NCBI GenBank assembly: GCA_030529135.1 | Contig: JAUMXO010000001.1 | Span: 15,335 to 79,334, forward strand | Source of the DNA: Candidatus Saccharimonadota bacterium | GTDB lineage: Bacteria; Patescibacteriota; Saccharimonadia; Saccharimonadales; Saccharimonadaceae | Direction of reading: 5' to 3' | DNA: 64,000 nucleotides | The notes under the pieces: model-generated | Databases searched by the model: none | Seen by the model: the letters and a program-made list of their open reading frames with translations, nothing else | What the model was told of the DNA's origin: nothing | Part shown: piece after piece, positions 1 through 9,548 of the stretch | Layout of the letters: each line of letters begins with the position of its first letter | Numbering within the stretch: the first letter of the stretch is position 1 | Translations under genes and position numbers: made by a program

Positions 1-426
1 TTTTCTTTTTCTGGTCTCAAGACGGCAGTTTTGAGAGCAGTTCAAAAGGAGCTTGGCCTTCCTATCTCTCATCCGTCTCATGACCTCAAAAATCACTTAT
101 CAGAGCAACAAGTTGCCGACTTTGCTGCTAGCTTCCAAAAAACCGCTATCGATATTCTCTTAGAAAAACTCGAGAAAGCCAGGGAACAACACCCTGAAGT
201 TAAATCCATCGTCTTCGCCGGTGGCGTCTCTGCCAATCAGAAACTTAGAGAAATGGCGGGGCACTCTCTTCAAAAAAATCTCCCAGTCTTTTTCCCCGAA
301 GCTAAGTTTTCCGGTGACAACGGCGCCATGGTCGCCGCCGCCGCCTATTACGAAATCCAATCTGGCGTCGAGCCTACCGACCCTTACAAGCTCAACATCT
401 ACCCACGCATTTCCATAGAAAATTGA
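1..426 (+). CDS. tsaD: tRNA N6-threonylcarbamoyltransferase TsaD, C-terminal part (5' end outside window)
   Basis: Frame 1 from base 1 reads FSFSGLKTAV; GGVSAN and DNGAMVA motifs of TsaD/Kae1. Confidence 0.93.
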   Translation, partial: FSFSGLKTAVLRAVQKELGLPISHPSHDLKNHLSEQQVADFAASFQKTAIDILLEKLEKAREQHPEVKSIVFAGGVSANQKLREMAGHSLQKNLPVFFPEAKFSGDNGAMVAAAAYYEIQSGVEPTDPYKLNIYPRISIEN

Positions 427-465
427 ATCAAACCATGTTAAAATAAAAATATATTAACAAAGGAG

Positions 466-669
466 ATGAATATGGACAAAAAATTTATCGGAGTAGTATA
501 TGCCTCCATGGCTATGTTATCAGCTGGTATTATGGTGGTTATCGGCATGATCACCAAATCATGGGAAAATCTTTGGTTGATTCCATTTGGCGCCATGATT
601 CTCGCCACTGTTTTTGCTATGGTTGCAAGCGTGGTAAGCGAAAGCAAAGAGAAAAAAGGGAAAAAATAA
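466..669 (+). CDS. small two-helix membrane protein, hypothetical
   Basis: 67 aa, two hydrophobic stretches, AAGGAG RBS upstream, stop overlaps next ATG. Confidence 0.7.
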   Translation: MNMDKKFIGVVYASMAMLSAGIMVVIGMITKSWENLWLIPFGAMILATVFAMVASVVSESKEKKGKK

Positions 670-1034
670 TGAGCAAGAACAAAATCATTGGCATCATTTG
701 TGGTGCAGTTGTGGCGGTCGCTGCGGCTGTAGGGATTACTGTCGCAGTAATCAATAATAACAACAATAGTGACACCCCAGCCATTGTCGGCAAATGGAAA
801 TATTACGATAAAGATTCTAGCTATAGCTTAGACTTTGTCTATACTTTTAACAAAGACGGCACTGGTAGCTATAGCATGTCTGGCGCCTCTATGCCATTCA
901 CTTACGTCACTGATGGCAACAAGATCACTATCACCTATGATTCTGGCCCATTCGAGACCGAATACGAAATCAACGGTGATATCTTAAACGTCAAAGATTC
1001 CGGCGGCAGTGACACTCTTTACAAAAAGATGTAA
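669..1034 (+). CDS. membrane-anchored lipocalin-like (DUF5640-like) hypothetical protein
   Basis: Likely start ATG 669 (TAATG coupling); N-terminal TM helix, then IVGKW...YTFNKDGTG beta-barrel pattern. Confidence 0.65.
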   Translation: MSKNKIIGIICGAVVAVAAAVGITVAVINNNNNSDTPAIVGKWKYYDKDSSYSLDFVYTFNKDGTGSYSMSGASMPFTYVTDGNKITITYDSGPFETEYEINGDILNVKDSGGSDTLYKKM

Positions 1035-1133
1035 GTAGATTTTATATGGATGAATCAAAAGAAAATATAGGGGTTAGCCAAGAGGCTAACCCCCCAGAGG
1101 TTCCAAAAACAATATTTAACTAAAAGGAGAAAA

Positions 1134-1922
1134 ATGGGATTTTTCGGTAATTTATTTTCAAAACAAGCTTGCAGCATTTGTGGTAAAGAAGTTGGTGCAC
1201 TTGGCCGTATCAAGCTAAAGGATAAAAACTACATCTGTAGAGAATGTGGCAAAAATGCCAGCCGGCTCTTTCGTATCGGCTATCATGATTTAGACGCCAC
1301 CAAAAAACACTTAGAATACATGAAAAAAGCAAATGAACTCTACGAAAAAGAATTTGCGCCACTCATTGATAAAAAAGAAGTAGACTATTGTGGCCACCAC
1401 GGTTCATATAAAATTGGTTTCGCTGATTCTATCGGAATGTTTGAGATTATTTCTCCAGAGATGAAAAAATCCAACAACAGAGAACTTTTCCGCTATGACC
1501 AAATCGACAGTTTTGGCCCATATTATGATCTGAATTCCGGTAGTGGGGAAGGGCAAAAAAGATACAAAGAATACGGCGTACTTATCAAAATGCGCTGCGC
1601 CGAAGACTTTACACAAATGAATGCAACTGAAGCAGAAAAAAACCAAATGCACCCTTACGCAATTGAGATTAAAATCCCAATTCAGCACAATGTAGACACC
1701 CCTTCTGGCGGTGACCGCATCTATGGTCATTTGGCTACAATTTTTGGCAGCTCCAACGCAGTTAACGCAGCTAGTTCGGTGATGTCGGCGCTATTTGGCT
1801 CGCCAGCCGGTATGATGATTCCACCGAGTGACTTTTCCGGTGAAAATCGCAAGAAATACGCCAAGCTTGCAGACGAGGTAGAGACCCGCGCTCTTGGCAG
1901 GCCCTTGCGAGATTGCCTCTGA
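1134..1922 (+). CDS. DUF4428-like protein with N-terminal CxxC...CxxC ribbon
   Basis: CSICGKEVG...YICREC; AAGGAG RBS. Confidence 0.65.
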   Translation: MGFFGNLFSKQACSICGKEVGALGRIKLKDKNYICRECGKNASRLFRIGYHDLDATKKHLEYMKKANELYEKEFAPLIDKKEVDYCGHHGSYKIGFADSIGMFEIISPEMKKSNNRELFRYDQIDSFGPYYDLNSGSGEGQKRYKEYGVLIKMRCAEDFTQMNATEAEKNQMHPYAIEIKIPIQHNVDTPSGGDRIYGHLATIFGSSNAVNAASSVMSALFGSPAGMMIPPSDFSGENRKKYAKLADEVETRALGRPLRDCL

Positions 1923-1943
1923 TGTGATAAGATAAAAATACAC

Positions 1944-2018
1944 TGGACCGTCGCCAAGTGGTAAGGCACTGGGTTTTGGTCCCAGCATTCGCAGGTTCGA
2001 ATCCTGCCGGTCCAGCCA
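1944..2018 (+). tRNA. tRNA-Gln(UUG)
   Basis: Cloverleaf: TGGACCG/CGGTCCA acceptor stem, CTGGG-TTTTGGT-CCCAG anticodon arm (TTG), GGTTCGAATCC T-arm, encoded CCA. Confidence 0.97.
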
Positions 2019-2093
2019 TTTTTATTGCATAAAAACTTAAAAAAGCAGGACTAGGTCGTAAACGAGCGAGTCCTACCACCCCAGCCAAGAAAG

Positions 2094-2121
2094 AAAAAAC
2101 GAGAGCTTGCTCTCGGTTTTT
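2094..2121 (+). terminator. intrinsic terminator downstream of tRNA-Gln
   Basis: A-tract, CGAGAG/CTCTCG stem, T-tract. Confidence 0.7.
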
Positions 2122-2148
2122 GTTTCGTGCGACCGGTCTTGGATGAAT

Positions 2149-2163
2149 ATCCTGCCGGTCCAG
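2149..2163 (+). repeat. 15-bp direct repeat of tRNA-Gln 3' end (att-like)
   Basis: ATCCTGCCGGTCCAG identical at 2001-2015 and 2149-2163. Confidence 0.75.
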
Positions 2164-2257
2164 AAAGAATACTAAGTTTGCAATCCTGACGGATTGTTTG
2201 ATTATGCTTTTTACGGTTTAAAAAGGCTATATTTGATACTTTTATTGGATTATATCG

Positions 2258-2476
2258 TCAACGCGTAATCAAAGAAGAGCAGCATTCGCTAACCGATTCT
2301 TCATTAATACCGAGGTCGCGGAGAATTGCAAATGCATGCTCTATATCTATATTAAGAAAACAATCATCGTCCTTCAAAAAGTCACTTATAATTTTATACT
2401 TCTTATTATCTCTTTCATTGTCGCTATTTTGAAGCAGCTCACCAGCTTTTTTGCGTAGTAAATCAAGTTGATTCAT
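2258..2476 (-). CDS. hypothetical protein (72 aa)
   Basis: GGAGG RBS before ATG at 2476; directly follows stop of upstream minus-strand ORF. Confidence 0.6.
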   Translation of the reverse strand: MNQLDLLRKKAGELLQNSDNERDNKKYKIISDFLKDDDCFLNIDIEHAFAILRDLGINEESVSECCSSLITR

Positions 2477-2477
2477 T

Positions 2478-4439
2478 TTATTGTTCCTCCTGTTTTTCAA
2501 CACTACTTATTGTCCCTGGTATTTTAGGGTCTTTACGCTCGATATATTCAAACGTTCCATTGTCTAATTTTGTTTTTATGTCTTCTAATGTAAGAGAGGT
2601 CAATTCTCTGTCGCTCGATAGATAGTAATAGCTCGTCTCGTTTGGTCGCTCATCGAGATTCGCTCCGTTCATTGCAATAACAGCACCAGCCTCCAACTTG
2701 GGACCTTGGCCAGCAACTTCATTATTTCTTAACACTACTACGGAAACATTATCTTTTCGTTCCTGCTCGCTAAATAGAGCTTTCCTCAATTGCAATGCAT
2801 ATGTCATGGCATCTATACCGCATAGACTAGTAGTTTTAAGTTTTTCTAATAGGATTGATTTCTTTTCATCAAATTCTACAGGTTTCAGATTTTCGGTCAA
2901 TAAGTCATATTCATCCCATGGGGATTTCTCTCGCTCTTGTTGCTGTACTAACTCATACATTCTAGAAACAGATTCTTGAAATTCCTGCTGAGTTCTCTTG
3001 TTTTTGCTCTCACATTCAAATCCAATTAGAGGCAACCCCAACTTCGCTCTTGCGATGTCGCCACCCAAAATACTGCTGACCGAATCTGCTCTAACAATAA
3101 ATTTCCCATCCCTAAACTCTAGGTTCGCATGACCATTACCATAATTTTCCCTAGTCATGTTCTTATATTCGCTCTTAAAATTCAGCCCCAACTCGTTAAG
3201 CATTTTTGCATATATCATGTTAAATTCAAAACAAACAACTTCATTGTTTTCTGGCGATATTTGTTCCACATAGTCTAGACTTCTATGTTTTTCGGCAGCC
3301 TCACCTTTCTGATTTGCAGCCATAAATTTATTGTCATAGGTTAGTATGGTGCACATCTTTGCGTATATGTAGGCAGCTTTTTCAAGACTAGAGACATCAT
3401 CAGGCATTTGTTCGAGAATTGCATCTCTAAGTTCTGAATTCAGATTGGCTTTTTCATATAGCGTGTCCTGTGTTTCTGTCAATCGATTCGCAGCACTAAA
3501 GTCTATAAACTGCCCACTCATAAGACGTTTCGTGCGACTTTCCAAATCATCTGGTAATGCGTAATTCTCAATAACTTTATTATCTTTTAGATATTTTGTC
3601 GCTGCATATGCAAATTCCATTTTTGACAGCTGACCTATTTTACCGTCAGGGTCGGTCGTACATATTTCTTTAAGTCTATCTGGAGGTAAAGATAAAAATG
3701 TCAATATATTATCAACTGGCAATACGCATTGCTTACCATCAATAGTTGTTTCATACTGCGTTCCGCGTACTTTTTCAACAAAAGCTCTTGGCGAAGCAAT
3801 TTCTCTAAATTCCTCCAGCCTTTTCTTTTCAGTATCGGATAATTCGCCGAGCTGCCCACTTTGCTCAAGTGCTGCAAAACCTTTAACTAAATCACTTTTG
3901 CTACGAATAGAATCACCGCCACCTATATCAGCCATCCCCTGCCTTATATTTTCTACGTCTCCATAGAATAGTTGCAACGCATTAACAACGCCACTATAGG
4001 GATTGTCTTCAAGCATATGGCGTTTGGCACAAGAATAGTATGCATCAACCGTTAGACATCTTTTTAGGAGTTCTGAATTTACTTTATTACCATTAGATAG
4101 TTCCACCATCTCTGCAGTTCTTAAGAATTCGGCATCTTTACTGGTTGTAAATACATATGATTCTATCCATTTTGGCCTTCCTTCATCTCTAGGGAATTGA
4201 CTGGCATTTGGGTCTAAAATTAAATCTCCGTTTGGGTTAGTGGGTATATCATTGCTCTCGTAGTACGAAAGAACATCAATATCTGTTTCTCCCTCACCCG
4301 ATATTTCATTGGTTTCAGGCGTACTAACAGATTGTCTTTCGGCACGAACTTCATTAGCCATCTTCTGCCACGGATCTTCGCTTTCCGTTGCAGGACTCGT
4401 TTCTATATTGTTGGTTGGGGGAATATTTCCGCTAGACAT
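2478..4439 (-). CDS. large hypothetical protein with putative transglutaminase-like Cys-His-Asp core
   Basis: 653 aa from ATG 4439 (GAGG RBS); VVCFEFNMIYAKML...GHANL...VRADSV pattern. Confidence 0.7.
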   Translation of the reverse strand: MSSGNIPPTNNIETSPATESEDPWQKMANEVRAERQSVSTPETNEISGEGETDIDVLSYYESNDIPTNPNGDLILDPNASQFPRDEGRPKWIESYVFTTSKDAEFLRTAEMVELSNGNKVNSELLKRCLTVDAYYSCAKRHMLEDNPYSGVVNALQLFYGDVENIRQGMADIGGGDSIRSKSDLVKGFAALEQSGQLGELSDTEKKRLEEFREIASPRAFVEKVRGTQYETTIDGKQCVLPVDNILTFLSLPPDRLKEICTTDPDGKIGQLSKMEFAYAATKYLKDNKVIENYALPDDLESRTKRLMSGQFIDFSAANRLTETQDTLYEKANLNSELRDAILEQMPDDVSSLEKAAYIYAKMCTILTYDNKFMAANQKGEAAEKHRSLDYVEQISPENNEVVCFEFNMIYAKMLNELGLNFKSEYKNMTRENYGNGHANLEFRDGKFIVRADSVSSILGGDIARAKLGLPLIGFECESKNKRTQQEFQESVSRMYELVQQQEREKSPWDEYDLLTENLKPVEFDEKKSILLEKLKTTSLCGIDAMTYALQLRKALFSEQERKDNVSVVVLRNNEVAGQGPKLEAGAVIAMNGANLDERPNETSYYYLSSDRELTSLTLEDIKTKLDNGTFEYIERKDPKIPGTISSVEKQEEQ

Positions 4440-4705
4440 ATTTACCTCGCTTATAGCACATAATATAGCTAATATTATATCATAAAGCACATCAATAATG
4501 GGTACTTCGGTGTTTGGATTTGCACACTAATCTTCTATCTTGAAGGTTTCTAGCCTTTGGCAAATGGTTTCTTTGTAGATTGTTAATGCCTGCTTAATTC
4601 TGCTCAGCCAGAAAATAAAATGAGCGCTTGCGCTCTTTTTTGAACGAACCCTACCTCCATTCCGCTTGCGTTTTCCCTAAAAGTATGCTATATAATATAT
4701 ATATT

Positions 4706-6976
4706 ATGTCTACAGCGAAACGAAGAAAAAATACAAAAAGAACTACCAAAAGTTCTAAAACTTCTCGCAAGACCAGCACCAGAAAAGCTGCCGAAAGGGA
4801 AGTGAACGCTGAGTACGAATTACCCGGTGGCTTTTGGCACCAACTGTTCGCAGTCTTTATGATTGCCCTGGCGCTTTTCTTCGTAATTACTTGGTTTGGT
4901 CACGGCGGTTCTTTCTTAAATACCGTTCACGAAACGCTTTTGAAGGGCCTCGGTCTCGCTACCTATTTTATTCCGATGCTCCTAGTTTACCTTGCAGTTA
5001 AAATTTTCCGTTCAGATACCAATCGTGTCGCTATCCCAGTTTATATTGCTGGAATTTTTATGCTATTTTGGCTTACGGGCGTCGGCGCGATTTGGAACAA
5101 CGGCGGCATCGTCGGCGATTGGCTAAATTCCATTATGCTAAAAGCCTTAGATCAAGGCTTTGTCATCGTCATTTACATACTTTTGATATTTATTACTCTT
5201 CTTTTTCTTTTGCAGCTTTCGCCACTCGCTTTCTTTAGAGGCGCTAAAAACATGGCTAAACCTGGCAAAAAAGCCACTCCAAAAGACGTTAATGAATCAG
5301 AGCCAAAGGGTCAACTAGAAATTAAAGTTAACTCCGGTATTTCTGAACCAGCTGCAGCTGCTGCACCAGTCAAAAGTGGCTTCTTGAAACGTAAATCTAA
5401 ATTTGTAGCCGAATCAAAACCAAAAGCTGCCGAATCAGAATCAGAAAAAACGCCTACCGCACTTGTAGCGGTCAATGACCCAGATTGGAAAATGCCATCC
5501 ACTGATCTTCTCACCAAAAAACAATCTCCGGCCGACGCTGGCAACATTCAACAAAATGCCATTATTATTAAAGATACTTTCTCAGAGTTTGGCATCGAAG
5601 TGGAAATGAAAGGCGCTAATGTTGGCCCACGCGTTACACAATATACTCTCAAAGCTCCAGGCGGTGTTAACCTCTCTAAGATTTCTGCACGCGATAAAGA
5701 GCTCGCCTATAAGCTATCCGCCAAGACCGTCCGGATTGAAGCTCCAATCCCAGGCACTCAGCTTATTGGCGTAGAAGTACCAAATATTCGTGCCGAAGGC
5801 GTCTCTCTTCGTGGTATCATCGAATCAGATGAATGGCGTCATGCCAAACATCCACTTACTTTCGCTGTAGGTAAGGATATTTCCGGTAAACCTGTCATAG
5901 CGGATCTTGCAGACATGCGTCACTTGCTTATTGCTGGTACTACCGGTTCTGGTAAATCTGTCATGACCAATACGCTTATTATGTCACTTCTTTACAGGAA
6001 TTCACCTTCTGATATGCGTCTTATCATCGTAGACCCAAAGCGCGTAGAAATGGCCGTTTACAAAGACATCCCTCACCTTCTTACGCCAATTATCAATGAC
6101 ACTTCCAAAGCTCTTTCGGCTATGAAATGGGCTGCTGGCGAAATGGATCGTCGCTATACTATCATGGAGGAGGCCGGCGTTAAAAACATCGTCGATTACA
6201 ACGAAGTCATGGAAGAAAAATCCAAATCCGCCTCCAAAGATTCCAAAGAAGAAGAAAACACTACCGAAAAAATGCCTTATATTGTGATAGTAATAGACGA
6301 AATGTCCGACCTTATGATGCAGGCCTCAAAAGAGCTTGAGCCTTTAATTGTTCGTATTGCTCAGCTTGGGCGCGCCGCTGGCATGCATTTAGTACTAGCT
6401 ACCCAGAAGCCAGTAGTAAAGGTCATTACAGGCCTTATTAAAGGCAATATTCCGTCTCGTATCGCTTTCCGAGTCCTAAGCTCAATGGATTCTCGCATCA
6501 TCCTCGATTCTTCTGGGGCTGAAAAGCTTCTAGGCCAAGGTGATATGTTATTGTCTTCTGAGCAAACTTCCAATGGCCCAGAACGCATCCAGGGCGCTTG
6601 GACTCCAGATGGCGACATTAAAAAAGTTACCGATTTCCTTCGCTCTCAGCGTCCACCTCAGTATAACGACGAAGTCATTGCCCAGCAAGTTGCCCTCAAA
6701 GGTGCTGGCGGCGGTCTTAGCGATATGGATGGCCTCGGTCGTAAATTCGACCCTCAAGATCCGCTAGTTCGAAAAGCCATTGAGATTTGTCTGAAAAATG
6801 GTAAATTCTCTACCTCGCTTCTTCAAACTTACCTCAGTAAATCCCATGGCTACGTATCTGGTCTTGGTGTCTGGCTCGAAGAGCTTGGTGTGATTGGCCC
6901 AGTCAACGGCACCAAACCTCGTGAGCTCCTCATCACCTCAATGGAAGAGTTTGACGAATTAGCTAGTTCTAGTTAG
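4706..6976 (+). CDS. ftsK: DNA translocase FtsK/SpoIIIE
   Basis: N-terminal TM helices, Walker A AGTTGSGKS, IVIDEMSDLM, GRAAGMHLVLATQKP, C-terminal gamma domain; start set at ATG 4706. Confidence 0.95.
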   Translation: MSTAKRRKNTKRTTKSSKTSRKTSTRKAAEREVNAEYELPGGFWHQLFAVFMIALALFFVITWFGHGGSFLNTVHETLLKGLGLATYFIPMLLVYLAVKIFRSDTNRVAIPVYIAGIFMLFWLTGVGAIWNNGGIVGDWLNSIMLKALDQGFVIVIYILLIFITLLFLLQLSPLAFFRGAKNMAKPGKKATPKDVNESEPKGQLEIKVNSGISEPAAAAAPVKSGFLKRKSKFVAESKPKAAESESEKTPTALVAVNDPDWKMPSTDLLTKKQSPADAGNIQQNAIIIKDTFSEFGIEVEMKGANVGPRVTQYTLKAPGGVNLSKISARDKELAYKLSAKTVRIEAPIPGTQLIGVEVPNIRAEGVSLRGIIESDEWRHAKHPLTFAVGKDISGKPVIADLADMRHLLIAGTTGSGKSVMTNTLIMSLLYRNSPSDMRLIIVDPKRVEMAVYKDIPHLLTPIINDTSKALSAMKWAAGEMDRRYTIMEEAGVKNIVDYNEVMEEKSKSASKDSKEEENTTEKMPYIVIVIDEMSDLMMQASKELEPLIVRIAQLGRAAGMHLVLATQKPVVKVITGLIKGNIPSRIAFRVLSSMDSRIILDSSGAEKLLGQGDMLLSSEQTSNGPERIQGAWTPDGDIKKVTDFLRSQRPPQYNDEVIAQQVALKGAGGGLSDMDGLGRKFDPQDPLVRKAIEICLKNGKFSTSLLQTYLSKSHGYVSGLGVWLEELGVIGPVNGTKPRELLITSMEEFDELASSS

Positions 6977-7038
6977 TCCATTTGTCAAGGATTTCTTGAT
7001 AACTGAACCGCGAAAAAAATTTTTTGCAATTCACCACC

Positions 7039-7073
7039 TCTTGAACTTGTAAAATTTTTGTACAAGTTCAAGA
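7039..7073 (+). promoter_or_regulatory. palindromic operator-like site over the promoter of the RhuM-Fic gene
   Basis: TCTTGAACTTGTA-N9-TACAAGTTCAAGA perfect 13-bp arms, just upstream of TGCTACAAT extended -10 (7079-7087). Confidence 0.65.
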
Positions 7074-7094
7074 TGGTATGCTACAATTGATTTA

Positions 7095-8087
7095 ATGAGT
7101 AATAAATTAGAAGTATACAAAATTGAAAAAGGCGAAATCGTCCTTGATATAGACGAAAAAAGTGAAACAATTTGGGCCACCCAAGCTCAAATTGCTCAAC
7201 TTTTTGATGTTAAACCTCAAAATATTACATATCATTTACGCAATATTTATAAAGAAAAAGAGCTTGACGAAAATCGAACTTGTAAAGAATCTTTACAAGT
7301 TCAAGAGGAGGGAGGAGTTTCGGTAAAGCGCAAAGTAAAAATGTACGATCTCGACGCCATCATCTCCGTTGGCTACCGTGTCAATTCCAAAAAAGCCACC
7401 GATTTCCGTATCTGGTCTACCTCTGTTCTTCATAATTATCTTGCCAAAGGCGTCGCTATTAACGAAAAGCGCCTCAAATCCGCCGACAGCAAAAGGTTAA
7501 AAGAAGTCGAAAACATGATGGGCGTTGTGAGACGCCTGATCGCCCACCAGGCTCTTGATGCTGGCGAAGCTAACGGCGTTTTAGAAGTAATTTCTAAATA
7601 TTCCACCAGCTTCCAGACTCTAAAAGAATACGATGATGGTTATATTGATCTTTCTGGCCTCAACAAAAAATCCAAAAAAGAAAAGAGGCTTACCCCAGAA
7701 TTTTGCATTGAGGTCATCGAAGGTCTCAAAAAATCCGTTAAAGGCGGTGATTTATTTGGCAAACCTAGAAACGACGCTTTCAAAGGCTCCATCGAAGGCG
7801 TCTATCAGAGTTATAATGGAGAAGACCTTTATCCTACTGTTGCCGAAAAGGCCGCTCATCTCTTGTATTTTGTCATCAAAGACCACCCCTTTTACGACGG
7901 CAATAAACGCATTGGCTCGTTGCTCTTCATCGTTTTTCTTACAATCAATGGCGAAAATCTTGCTAAAAACGGTGAGACCAAAATCAGCGACCGTGCTCTT
8001 ACCGCTCTAGCTCTGTTGATCGCCGAGTCGGAACCTACAGAAAAAGATCTCATTACCTCTCTCATCCGCAAGCTCTTAGAAGATTAA
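7095..8087 (+). CDS. RhuM-family protein fused to Fic/Doc domain
   Basis: TIWATQAQIAQLF...YDLDAIISVGYRVNS (RhuM); HPFYDGNKRIG (Fic/Doc). Confidence 0.88.
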   Translation: MSNKLEVYKIEKGEIVLDIDEKSETIWATQAQIAQLFDVKPQNITYHLRNIYKEKELDENRTCKESLQVQEEGGVSVKRKVKMYDLDAIISVGYRVNSKKATDFRIWSTSVLHNYLAKGVAINEKRLKSADSKRLKEVENMMGVVRRLIAHQALDAGEANGVLEVISKYSTSFQTLKEYDDGYIDLSGLNKKSKKEKRLTPEFCIEVIEGLKKSVKGGDLFGKPRNDAFKGSIEGVYQSYNGEDLYPTVAEKAAHLLYFVIKDHPFYDGNKRIGSLLFIVFLTINGENLAKNGETKISDRALTALALLIAESEPTEKDLITSLIRKLLED

Positions 8088-8120
8088 GCAAAATTAAAAT
8101 TTTATGCTATAATAATAACA

Positions 8121-9092
8121 ATGGTTGACAAAGATGATATTTTGAATGTAAAAGATTTAAGCCTAGATTTTGATGAGCCAGATGTAAATGACATCGAAAA
8201 CGAGGAGGAGCTTTCCGACGAAGATCTCGCAATTACTCCTGAAAACGTAGATGCTTTTGCGGATGATTCTGTCAGATTATACCTTAGAGAAATTGGTAAA
8301 ATCCCACTTTTGACTCCAGAGGAAGAAGCTGATTTGGCTCAGCGTATTGTCAAAGGTGACAAAAAAGCCAAAGACAAAATGGTCGAATCAAATATGCGTC
8401 TCGTGGTATCTATTGCCAAGCGTTACGGTGGTCGTGGTCTTGATTTTCTTGATCTTATTCAGGAAGGGAATACTGGACTGCTTCGCGCCGTCGAGAAGTT
8501 CGATCCGGAAAAAGGCTTCAAGTTTTCTACCTATGCTACTTGGTGGGTGCGTCAAGCTATTACGCGTGCTATTGCCGACCAGGCTCGCACTATTCGTATT
8601 CCAGTCCACATGGTCGAGACTATTAATAAAGTTCTCCGAACCACTAGAAAACTCACTTCCGAGCTCAATCGTGAACCTACCACCGAAGAAATCGCCGCTG
8701 AACTTCACATGGAACCAGATAAAGTAGACTATGTCATGCGTATCAAGCAAGATATTGCCTCTCTTGATGCTTCAGTCGGTCGTGATGGGGACGATGAAGA
8801 CTCCGTGCTTGGTGATTTCGTAGAAGACGAAGAACGTATTTCTCCAGAAGATTCTGCTGCTAACCAGATTTTAAAGGAGCAGCTTTCCGAAATTATTGCC
8901 ACTCTTACCGATAGGGAGCAAAAGATCATTCGCCTTCGTTTTGGTATCGGTGGTGGTCGTCCGCACACGCTCGAAGAGGTTGGCGCTGAGTTTGATGTCA
9001 CCCGCGAACGTATTCGCCAGATTGAAGCCAAGGCTCTTTCCAAACTCCGCAAAAACAAGGATACCAAAAAATTACACGAATATTTAAGGTAA
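8121..9092 (+). CDS. rpoD: RNA polymerase primary sigma factor
   Basis: [45 protein letters not shown]. Confidence 0.96.
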   Translation: MVDKDDILNVKDLSLDFDEPDVNDIENEEELSDEDLAITPENVDAFADDSVRLYLREIGKIPLLTPEEEADLAQRIVKGDKKAKDKMVESNMRLVVSIAKRYGGRGLDFLDLIQEGNTGLLRAVEKFDPEKGFKFSTYATWWVRQAITRAIADQARTIRIPVHMVETINKVLRTTRKLTSELNREPTTEEIAAELHMEPDKVDYVMRIKQDIASLDASVGRDGDDEDSVLGDFVEDEERISPEDSAANQILKEQLSEIIATLTDREQKIIRLRFGIGGGRPHTLEEVGAEFDVTRERIRQIEAKALSKLRKNKDTKKLHEYLR

Positions 9093-9103
9093 AGGAGATT
9101 ACC

Positions 9104-9508
9104 ATGAAAAAAATTATTCAAAAATCTAAAGTTGCCATTATGGTATTTTTGATGGGAATTAATCTTTTGCCAGCTACTCTTAGTACTGCGCCAGTCTATG
9201 CTGACGAGGCCGAAGGCGCCGCTATTCTTACCGACTGCTATAACAAAGGAAAAGATAGTAAAAATGGTAGTGGGATTATTTGTGTTGTCCAACTTGTAGT
9301 TGATATCCTAACTATTCTAGTAGGAATTTTGGGCGTTCTCGGCATTGTAATAGTTGGTATTCAGTATCTTACCGCTGCCGGCAATGAGGAACAGGTCAGG
9401 AAAGCCAAGCGTCGCCTATTCGAAATCATTCTCGGCATACTTCTATACGTTTTGATTTATGCGCTTCTTAGGTGGCTTCTTCCAGGATGGACCGGGTGGG
9501 GGAGTTAG
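9104..9508 (+). CDS. VirB2/TrbC-like pilin (CPR-type)
   Basis: Signal peptide ending VYA, two TM helices joined by GIQYLTAAGNEEQVRKAKRRL. Confidence 0.72.
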   Translation: MKKIIQKSKVAIMVFLMGINLLPATLSTAPVYADEAEGAAILTDCYNKGKDSKNGSGIICVVQLVVDILTILVGILGVLGIVIVGIQYLTAAGNEEQVRKAKRRLFEIILGILLYVLIYALLRWLLPGWTGWGS

Positions 9509-9548
9509 CAATGTTATGCCACATATTATTTCTAGTATCGGAGCCTAA

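Noticed and set aside
4500-4627. Second att site closing the islet behind tRNA-Gln
   Set aside because: Only CAGCCA (6 nt) matches the tRNA end, which is expected by chance.
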